Assembly (NCBI GenBank): GCA_016839275.1
Contig: JAEOUM010000025.1
Location: 895-64,894, forward strand
From: Candidatus Thorarchaeota archaeon
GTDB taxonomy: Archaea; Asgardarchaeota; Thorarchaeia; Thorarchaeales; Thorarchaeaceae
Length of the DNA: 64,000 nucleotides
Reading direction: 5' to 3'
The position numbers and the translations under genes are program-made. Numbering within the stretch: position 1 is the first letter of the stretch; each line of letters begins with the position of its first letter. Shown here piece after piece: positions 57,267 through 64,000 of the stretch. Under the pieces are notes generated by a model. It made no database searches. It saw only the letters and a list, made by a program, of their open reading frames with translations, and was not told the origin of the DNA.

Positions 57267-58055
57267 CTATTTCGAGGTTTCTACGAGCCAAAGAGATACT
57301 TTCAGAAGAAGACCCCATTCGGAGTCAGGATCAGTGTAATAGTCAAAATCGTCGTCCCCGTCACGTGCACTCCCCTCCTCATATTCTGGATGTGGGTATG
57401 AGAGAAAGACAGTGCCATTTCCATACCTGCAGGCTATCATGGCTGGTTCATTGTTCTGAGTATAGAGAACAATAGGGATCACAGTTGACATATAGGTTGC
57501 ATTGCTTGAGTAAAAGTAGCCAGAGTTCCAGTATAACAATTCATAGGTTGAGGGCTCAGCAGATAAATCTGGCCCTGTCGAATTGGTATTTACAATCATT
57601 GGAATAAGCTTAGTATCAGAACCGTTCACAGCACCACTTGTGTAGCCTTTGAAAAGTCCAAGGTAGCTCTCGGTTCCAAATACAGAGCCCCCGCAGATAC
57701 CAAAGTACGATCCACCTTCTGCAATGAAATTCAGGACAGCATTCCTGCCTTCGGTCCCAAGGAAAGTTGAATAATCAAAAGCACCTCCGCCAGGAAACGC
57801 AACAATGTCATAATCATCAAGCACGCCTTGTTGAATGTCAGTGGAATTCACATAGTTAGCCTCCGCATTCATCCAACGAAACATGTTTAGTAATGCGACG
57901 GAACTGCTCAGAAGAGAACCTCTTCCATTATAGACAGCAACACGGACTCCTTCCATTCCTGTTGGAAATCTGATAGTAAGAGCCAGAGAACCAACGACAA
58001 GTAGAGCCACAATTAGTATTACAGCCCCTTTTTTCTTTGAAGAATCTAGTGTCAT
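57267..58055 (-). CDS. membrane-anchored class I glutamine-amidotransferase-like (BPL_N-type) domain protein
   Basis: N-terminal TM helix, then VAVYNGRGS...DYDIVAFPGGGAFDYS...GGSYFGICGGS, as in the biotin-protein-ligase N-terminal/GATase-like domain. Confidence 0.5.
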   Translation of the reverse strand: MTLDSSKKKGAVILIVALLVVGSLALTIRFPTGMEGVRVAVYNGRGSLLSSSVALLNMFRWMNAEANYVNSTDIQQGVLDDYDIVAFPGGGAFDYSTFLGTEGRNAVLNFIAEGGSYFGICGGSVFGTESYLGLFKGYTSGAVNGSDTKLIPMIVNTNSTGPDLSAEPSTYELLYWNSGYFYSSNATYMSTVIPIVLYTQNNEPAMIACRYGNGTVFLSYPHPEYEEGSARDGDDDFDYYTDPDSEWGLLLKVSLWLVETSK

Positions 58056-58421
58056 TTCAAATAGCTCCGCCTAACCAGCTGCACCTTTCATCCACCAAAG
58101 ATGCGCTTTGTATGCTATAGGATTCATTGTCAATAATCTGTTATAATAGGACAATGTTCAACGCAAGAATATCATATTTTCAGAAACATGAGAACTCGCA
58201 ATATGGTCTGTGGAGGCAAAATGTACTCCGTATCTTGAGGAGGAAATGAGGAAATATTTCCACTTAATCCATCAAACTAAGCAATTTGGAGATCTGCCAG
58301 CTTGCCAATAAATTAGAATGGCCAATTTTGGTAATATCACTCTCTGTTTCCACGAAGCTTATATGGCATAATCATAGCGACTAGCTCCTAACACAATTCT
58401 GGCAAGACGAGAGTCTGATTC

Positions 58422-59336
58422 ATGGACGAGACAGACCTGCTGCTTTCTCTGAAACTACTGGTGAATTCGCGAACTTCACTCAACGACCTGGCTAAAGCCT
58501 TTGGGATGTCGATTAACGCAATCCATAAGCGAATAAGGGTTCTGACTGATCTGGGTGTGATTCGCGAATTCACAGCGCGACTGGGTCCGATGGCTCTCGG
58601 TGCAACAACTGTACTAGTGGTTGGTCGATCTGAGCTTCGAGCGGATGATGCACTCTTTGAGAAAATTGCTCAGACACAGTTGATCTATTGGCTAGGAATG
58701 GGAGCCGAAAAAAGGGTCTATATTGGCGCATACTTAAGAGATATATCTGACCTCGACTCACTGACGCGTTTTGCAAAAGATAGACTGGGGATAGATGACC
58801 CGAGAGTACTGATACACGCACCATCTCCACCAAGACTGCGTAAGGATCCACTATTGAACTTAAAATCACTAGACTACAGAATAATCTATGCACTTCATCA
58901 CGACTCTAGGAAGACAATCCCTGTTCTAGCAGACGAACTCGGTATTTCTGCCAAAACAATAAGAAGACACCTCAGAAATCTTGTCGAGAAGCAACTGGTC
59001 GAACTCTCCCTCAAATGGTTCCCAGATGCGGCTAATGATATCATCAGTTTAGCTGAATGCAATATTACATCGACTACTGATTCAGAAAAAGCTTTGAAAC
59101 CCTTGAGAAAGAAGTACTCGCCCAACTGGATGTTTGAGCATCGATTCACAAATCAGCCAGGCTTTTGCCTTGCTTGGCTCTGGACTCCCACAATGAAGGA
59201 GTTCCAAGGAGTGTATGACAGCATGAGAGCGGAACCCATCTTCGATTCAATCAACATCGAGATCCTTCATCATGGCGTCCTCTTCGATACGTGGAGAGAT
59301 TCTCTCCTTAAGGAGAGAGCAATGCAGCAGCCCTGA
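58422..59336 (+). CDS. Lrp/AsnC-type regulator with two tandem HTH-plus-effector units
   Basis: Two AsnC-type HTH blocks: TSLNDLAKAFGMSINAIHKRIRVLTDLGVI and KTIPVLADELGISAKTIRRHLRNLVEKQLV. Each is followed by a ~80-aa alpha/beta segment. Confidence 0.6.
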   Translation: MDETDLLLSLKLLVNSRTSLNDLAKAFGMSINAIHKRIRVLTDLGVIREFTARLGPMALGATTVLVVGRSELRADDALFEKIAQTQLIYWLGMGAEKRVYIGAYLRDISDLDSLTRFAKDRLGIDDPRVLIHAPSPPRLRKDPLLNLKSLDYRIIYALHHDSRKTIPVLADELGISAKTIRRHLRNLVEKQLVELSLKWFPDAANDIISLAECNITSTTDSEKALKPLRKKYSPNWMFEHRFTNQPGFCLAWLWTPTMKEFQGVYDSMRAEPIFDSINIEILHHGVLFDTWRDSLLKERAMQQP

Positions 59337-59506
59337 ACAGGTTTTCTAAGCGCGGAATCTGTATTGTCCGTTTCTGAACCATCAGGTTAAGATTGGGGAT
59401 AGATAAACCTTCAAGCCTGTCGGGGTATGAACCAGTTGGCTAACGTGATATTATACAGATTCGGGACTCTACATCACTCACACAATAAAGTGTGGTGTTG
59501 CTAAAA

Positions 59507-59749
59507 ATGCAAATCGTAAGAAATCCTGATGAAAACACATCCAAGTGGCCTTATGCTTGGAGTCTGGCACTTTTTGCTCTTGAACTGGGCATGAGTGCGC
59601 TGGTAATGGTTGACGCATGCGTTGCACTTGCTACCGGATCGGCTATCTTGTTTGTTGGGGAGGACCCATTGTTCAAAATCTGGATAGCATTCATCCTTAT
59701 TTTGCTCTCCAGTCTCCAATTGAGCGTAGCTCAGTCCAAGAAAGTATAA
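59507..59749 (+). CDS. possible small membrane protein (weak call)
   Basis: 80-aa ORF with two hydrophobic helices. It competes with an antisense ORF that is a read-through of the etfA relic. No motif. Confidence 0.25.
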   Translation: MQIVRNPDENTSKWPYAWSLALFALELGMSALVMVDACVALATGSAILFVGEDPLFKIWIAFILILLSSLQLSVAQSKKV

Positions 59750-59887
59750 GGCTCCCAGAAGGAGGCGAACCTGATATGGCTCCACCTCCTGCATCTTTTT
59801 GAAAAGAAGGTTCCAAAATTTGGCGCTTCTTTGAAGCCTTAGGGAATCATGCCTGCTCATGTAAATGGTCGAGCAGGTCAATTCTTT

Positions 59888-60016
59888 ATTTGAGTCTAGT
59901 ATTCGGTTGACTTCTGCGTTAACCTCAAGCAAGACAGTAAAGATGTCGCCCACGATGCCAAAGTCTGCAACAGAGCAAATGGGAGCATCGGGATTCTTGT
60001 TGATGGCTAACACATA
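59888..60016 (-). pseudogene. relic copy of the 3' end of etfA
   Basis: Minus-strand translation YVLAINKNPDAPICSVADFGIVGDIFTVLLEVNAEVNRILDSN aligns with the EtfA C-terminus FVVAINKDPDAPIFSVADFGIVGDIFTVLPEVIAEVKRVLDSR*. The stop codon is lost and no upstream EtfA-like sequence is present. Confidence 0.75.
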
Positions 60017-60171
60017 GAGAAGCAAATCTCGATAGCAGTAAGATATGCATGTGACCACTAAATATATATCGCCTTACATACTATATCGTATCACGTAATA
60101 TTCTGTGCATTCTCATGCGATGGGTATCCATCGACTTAGCACGGATGAATGTTCCATAGGAGCGGAATATC

Positions 60172-61584
60172 GTGGAGGAGAGTAAAGATGAGCCAAAAAT
60201 CAGTCGATTTTGTATCACAAAGACCTGGTTGATAATATGGGTAATCGCTTCGAGCATTGTTATTCTTTTTTGTTACTTAGTTCGTCCATTTGTTGGCTAT
60301 GAAGATGAGTTCTCAGTTCTTGTTAATGCGATAAATGTAATATCATATGTCTTGATAATTGGCATTCCTGTGTTCTTATCAGCAAGCATTGTTTTTGGGA
60401 CATCCGCTGCAAAAACGCATATTCTGGCACTGCTAAAATCTGGAAGGAGTTCCATAGAGGTTATTCTTCGATGTTTGCTTGAAACCTATGCCCTTGTATT
60501 GATGTTCAGTGTCATAGTCACGAGTGTCCTGTTTTTGGAACCTTATCTATCGAGAACTTCATTCTATCATCCTAGAGGCACGGGCTTTCTCGTCTATCTT
60601 CCTTCAGTTCTAGTAGCGACATTTGTTGTTTCGTTGCTTCTGGCAACAATTGGCGTATTCTTTGTGATGATTTCAGACGATGTAATAATTTCTACAACTA
60701 TGGGGTGTGCAGTGACATTTGGGCTAGCAACCATGGTAGGCTATAGTCCCGGAGCTATCTGGGCATCAGTGACACGGGGCATAGCAATGCTGAGTCCTTC
60801 CAGTATTGTACGAGTCTTTGCAGGGTCTATTTCTGGCTACAGTCCTGCACACGGAACAAGTTTCGCATCCTATTTTGGATTCGATGCAACGTTGGACTCG
60901 ATTTTGCTGTCGCTCGCAGTGCTTGCACTCATTTCTCTTACAGGGCTCCTTGTCAGTATCAAGTTTTTCAAGATCAACACACTTCACTGGTCGAAGATGG
61001 CAGAAGTACACACGAGAGCTGGAGTCTGGGAGTCTGAACTAGAACGTCAAGGAGTCCATACAAGAATAAGACGCAGTCTAAGAATACGCAGAGCAGCTCT
61101 CACGGTTCTTGTCATAATTGTCTTGACCATAGGGGCATCCGGAACAGCTGCATACTCATCTATGGTCATTGAACAGACAACTATTGTCTTTTACCAGAGT
61201 CCTGCAGGAGGGGAACAGATTAACCTCGGTGATTGGTATATCTTCTCATGCATTGTCCAGCCTTCACGTTACGGACAACGAAATTTTCTGCATTATGATT
61301 GCATAGTCGAAGACTGGGGAAACGCTCCTGAAGAGGTGAGTGTCTATTACTCGATGCTAAACATGTCCTCATCCGATTTTCAGATGTTAAATGAAACCGG
61401 TCGAAGATTATTGTGTGACTACGACAATAGGACAGAGGGCAACTGGGGAGGTATGGGTGGCTCCTGGGATCTTGGATTTGACTCTGGGGCGTTTACTTTC
61501 GTGATGAAGATTTTTGCAGCAGAGAATGAAACACTGTCAGGATTCATGTATTTTTGGATACAACTTCTTCAGGAGCCGTGGTAA
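60172..61584 (+). CDS. hypothetical polytopic membrane protein (orphan)
   Basis: 470 aa: about seven TM helices, a basic loop (RIRRSLRIRR), one more TM helix and a ~150-aa Trp/Tyr-rich C-terminal domain. No motif. GTG start. Confidence 0.5.
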   Translation: MEESKDEPKISRFCITKTWLIIWVIASSIVILFCYLVRPFVGYEDEFSVLVNAINVISYVLIIGIPVFLSASIVFGTSAAKTHILALLKSGRSSIEVILRCLLETYALVLMFSVIVTSVLFLEPYLSRTSFYHPRGTGFLVYLPSVLVATFVVSLLLATIGVFFVMISDDVIISTTMGCAVTFGLATMVGYSPGAIWASVTRGIAMLSPSSIVRVFAGSISGYSPAHGTSFASYFGFDATLDSILLSLAVLALISLTGLLVSIKFFKINTLHWSKMAEVHTRAGVWESELERQGVHTRIRRSLRIRRAALTVLVIIVLTIGASGTAAYSSMVIEQTTIVFYQSPAGGEQINLGDWYIFSCIVQPSRYGQRNFLHYDCIVEDWGNAPEEVSVYYSMLNMSSSDFQMLNETGRRLLCDYDNRTEGNWGGMGGSWDLGFDSGAFTFVMKIFAAENETLSGFMYFWIQLLQEPW

Positions 61585-61648
61585 GTCAATTCATTTCTTG
61601 CAAAAGAGGAGAGTTTGCCCGGTCCGAAGAACCGGGCAATTCAACAGA

Positions 61649-62848
61649 CTATCGTGAATCTAATACTCGTTTAACTTCTGCAATGACTTCAGGGAGCACC
61701 GTGAAGATATCTCCCACAATTCCAAAGTCTGCTACTGAGAAAATAGGAGCATCTGGATCTTTGTTGATTGCTACCACAAAATCACTGGAAGACATTCCCG
61801 CCAAGTGTTGAATCTGGCCAGATATCCCAAGTGCAATGTAGAGCTTTGGACAGACTGTTCTGCCTGATTGCCCCACCTGCTGTGAGGGAGGGAGCCAACC
61901 TAGATCAACGATGGGACGTGAACCCCCGATAGCAGCATCAAGCAGTTTTGCAAGTTGCTTGGGTAGTTCAAGGTTAGCAGGGTCTTTGATACCTCTACCA
62001 CTGCAGACGATGACATCAGCCTCCTCTACCGACTTCATTCCTTCGACAGCTTCACTGACCTTCTCGAGAACTCTTGTTCGAACCTGAACAGGGCTCACCT
62101 CGATGTTTACCTTCTCAATCTCTCCAGGACGGGAGGAGTCAGGCTCTCCAGGTTTGAAGACATTAGGTCTGACTGTTGCCATCTGAGGGCGAGTGTATGG
62201 AGAGATAATCTCAGCCATTATGTTACCACCAAAAGCAGGTCTAGTCTGTATGAGTTGACGAGCCTCATCGATTTCAAGACCAGTACAGTCAGCAGTGAGA
62301 CCAAGTCCCAGCCGAGCCGCAATACGAGGCGCGAGGTCGCGACCGTTGTTAGTTGCTCCATAGAGCACAACAGACGGTTTTCTGGAGGCAATGAGCGAGG
62401 TCATAGCGATAGTATAAGCATCAGTTGTGTAATCCGCGAATATTTTCGCATCAACTACAAGCACTCTATCTGCACCATGATGAATAAGGGTCTGAGCATG
62501 ATTCTCAATATTATTGCCGATGAGAACAGCAGTGAGCTTCTCACCCAGCGTATCAGCAAGCTCTCTTCCTTTAGTTACTAGTTCAAGAGCAACACTTCTC
62601 AATCTTCCATCTGATGTTTCGCAGAATGTCCAGACATCCTTGTACTTTGCAATTTCCGCAGAGTCAATTTTCTTTCGTTCGATTTTAATCGCATCAACAG
62701 GACAGACTTCCTCGCAGGACCCACAGAGAACGCATTTGTCGAGGTCGAACTTGACCTTATCACCATCTTTCTCAATAGCATCAAAGTTACAGGCTTTTGG
62801 GCAAAGCATACAGCCTGTGCAGGTATCTCTATCATAGAGTAGACCCAT
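61649..62848 (-). CDS. etfA: electron transfer flavoprotein alpha subunit with N-terminal 2x[4Fe-4S] ferredoxin domain
   Basis: CTGCMLCPKACNFDAI and CVLCGSCEEVCPVDAI (two CxxCxxCxxxCP motifs), then an EtfA body with the FAD-binding C-terminus GISGQIQHLAGM...VAINKDPDAPIF. Confidence 0.85.
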   Translation of the reverse strand: MGLLYDRDTCTGCMLCPKACNFDAIEKDGDKVKFDLDKCVLCGSCEEVCPVDAIKIERKKIDSAEIAKYKDVWTFCETSDGRLRSVALELVTKGRELADTLGEKLTAVLIGNNIENHAQTLIHHGADRVLVVDAKIFADYTTDAYTIAMTSLIASRKPSVVLYGATNNGRDLAPRIAARLGLGLTADCTGLEIDEARQLIQTRPAFGGNIMAEIISPYTRPQMATVRPNVFKPGEPDSSRPGEIEKVNIEVSPVQVRTRVLEKVSEAVEGMKSVEEADVIVCSGRGIKDPANLELPKQLAKLLDAAIGGSRPIVDLGWLPPSQQVGQSGRTVCPKLYIALGISGQIQHLAGMSSSDFVVAINKDPDAPIFSVADFGIVGDIFTVLPEVIAEVKRVLDSR

Positions 62849-62850
62849 GT

Positions 62851-63642
62851 TTAGATTGCCCCCTTCTTGGTAAGGAACTCTACAAGCTGCTTTGCAGCCG
62901 CTGCAGGATTCTCTGCATCAATCTTTATACCACCCTTCTTTTTCTCAGGTGGAAACACTTTGCGAACCTGTGTTGGCGATCCCTTCAAGCCCAGTCGGTC
63001 AGGATCAGTACCTAGCTTCTCGATATTCACTTCTTCGAAGGGCTTTTGCTTAGCTTTCATAATTCCCATGATGTTTGGAAGGCGTGGTTCATTCAGTCCC
63101 TTCGTTGCAGTTAGTAGGACAGGAAGCTTAGCCCTTACAACCTCGTATCCCTCATCTGTTTCCCTGTGAGTAATTACTTGTTTGCCATCTTCACTTATAT
63201 CGATCTTTCGGACATAGCAGATCTGAGGGACACTCAGAAGTTCGGCGAGCTCAGGACCGACTTGGGCTGTATCACCGTCAATCGCTTGCTTTCCACAGAT
63301 AACAAGATCAAATTCCATCGTCTTGATGTATTCCGCTAAGGTTAGTGCAGTTGCCCAAGTGTCAGCACCAGCAAAGGCTCTATCAGTCAAATGAACAGCC
63401 TTATCACCGCCCATGGCTAGCGCTTTGAGAAGCGCATCCTTTGCCTGTGGTGGGCCCATCGTTACAATGGTGACCTCGCCACCATGTTTCTCTTTTAATT
63501 GGATTGCAGCCTCGACAGCCAGCTCGTCGAACGGATTTAATATACTGGGCACACCATCACGAATCAGTGTACCGGTCTCTTCATTCATCCGAACCTCGGT
63601 GACCTCGGGGACTTGCTTTACAGGAACTACTATTTTGACCAA
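62851..63642 (-). CDS. etfB: electron transfer flavoprotein beta subunit
   Basis: MVKIVVPVKQVPE...NPFDELAVEAAIQLKE...VICGKQAIDGDTAQVGP are the canonical EtfB/FixA blocks. The stop is 2 nt before the etfA start. Confidence 0.85.
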   Translation of the reverse strand: MVKIVVPVKQVPEVTEVRMNEETGTLIRDGVPSILNPFDELAVEAAIQLKEKHGGEVTIVTMGPPQAKDALLKALAMGGDKAVHLTDRAFAGADTWATALTLAEYIKTMEFDLVICGKQAIDGDTAQVGPELAELLSVPQICYVRKIDISEDGKQVITHRETDEGYEVVRAKLPVLLTATKGLNEPRLPNIMGIMKAKQKPFEEVNIEKLGTDPDRLGLKGSPTQVRKVFPPEKKKGGIKIDAENPAAAAKQLVEFLTKKGAI

Positions 63643-63732
63643 AGTTACACCCCAGATTAGGAAGTAAGGTAGCGAATTCTGAGAGTGAGTGCATTATAAG
63701 CAAATCGTACGAGGAAAAGCTGCAGTTCTTCC

Positions 63733-64000
63733 CTAAGTTTTCTCTTTTTTCTGCTTCTTTGTTCGTTTCGGTGCGGGTAATGGAGCAGCAAGTTGTGGTT
63801 CCTCTTTAAAGATCATTGTAGAATCTGGAGAGAAAGAGGGATTTTCTGTTAGAAGACGCATGACCATCTCTTCTCCAGTATCCCGGGCGTTTCTGAATTG
63901 AAACTCTAGGATTGGACTGTACAATAGCATCGGGATAATGATAATCATCATCACATATCTGAATGGCCATAGGTAATAGTCGAATGAAGGATTGATCAAG
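63733..64000 (-). CDS. hypothetical membrane protein with Lys-rich C-terminal tail (5' end may lie outside the window)
   Basis: The ORF runs to the window edge. One TM helix (VMMIIIIPMLLYSPIL). The tail is PAPKRTKKQKKEKT. Confidence 0.3.
   Translation of the reverse strand, partial: LINPSFDYYLWPFRYVMMIIIIPMLLYSPILEFQFRNARDTGEEMVMRLLTENPSFSPDSTMIFKEEPQLAAPLPAPKRTKKQKKEKT

Noticed and set aside
59501-60058. 185-aa minus-strand ORF
   Set aside because: Only residues ~15-57 resemble anything (the EtfA C-terminus). The rest is read-through after loss of the relic's stop codon. It is treated as a pseudogene fragment, not a gene.
1-64000. Looked for CRISPR arrays, tRNA/rRNA genes, IS elements, integrases, toxin-antitoxin pairs and known defence-system hallmarks
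   Set aside because: I could find no regularly spaced direct repeats, no cloverleaf-like sequences in the intergenic gaps I read, no DDE or tyrosine-recombinase motifs, and no nuclease, ATPase or defence signatures by eye. A tRNAscan, Infernal or PADLOC/DefenseFinder run would be the decisive check.

Overview
The window is a densely coded, moderately AT-rich chromosomal segment with about 65 protein genes on both strands and short intergenic spacers. I found no rRNA, tRNA, CRISPR array, transposase or integrase by eye.

The gene content and signals look archaeal. They include AT-rich TATA-like boxes about 30-40 nt upstream of start codons, Lrp/AsnC, PadR, ArsR and ribbon-helix-helix (RHH) regulators, a histone-fold protein, a ferredoxin-fused EtfAB pair and many orphan membrane proteins. 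An Asgard- or Bathyarchaeota-like origin is only a guess and cannot be verified here.

Recognisable functions:
- Transport: two MFS permeases, an MgtA-type P-type ATPase, a cation/proton antiporter, MscL and a heterodimeric ABC exporter.
- DNA repair: Nth, a MutY-like glycosylase without an Fe-S cluster, and a YcaQ/AlkZ-like protein.
- Small-molecule modification: three GNATs, an AAC(3)-like enzyme, three SAM methyltransferases and two ICMT-like membrane methyltransferases.
- Redox: EtfAB, flavodoxin, nitroreductase, MsrB and an aldo/keto reductase.

Most noteworthy observations:
1. A 1,261-aa single-pass surface protein whose cytoplasmic tail looks like a Roadblock/longin-type module.
2. A two-gene operon (a coiled-coil, proline-rich ArsR-type protein plus an orphan 255-aa protein) in which both products end in the same acidic D-x-D-W-[DE]-D tail. 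It sits divergently to a histone-fold protein with a Lys/Ala/Pro-rich N-terminal tail.
3. Two independent cases where a diverged relic copy of a gene's 3' end lies just beyond a single opposite-strand membrane-protein gene, suggesting cassette-like insertion into gene 3' ends.
4. A decayed CorA fragment near mgtA.
5. A tandem ATACGCG heptad motif in front of two adjacent genes, one of them an RHH regulator.

All functional calls come from motif recognition in the supplied translations. No database search was run. Hairpin and motif coordinates were counted by eye and may be off by 1-2 nt.
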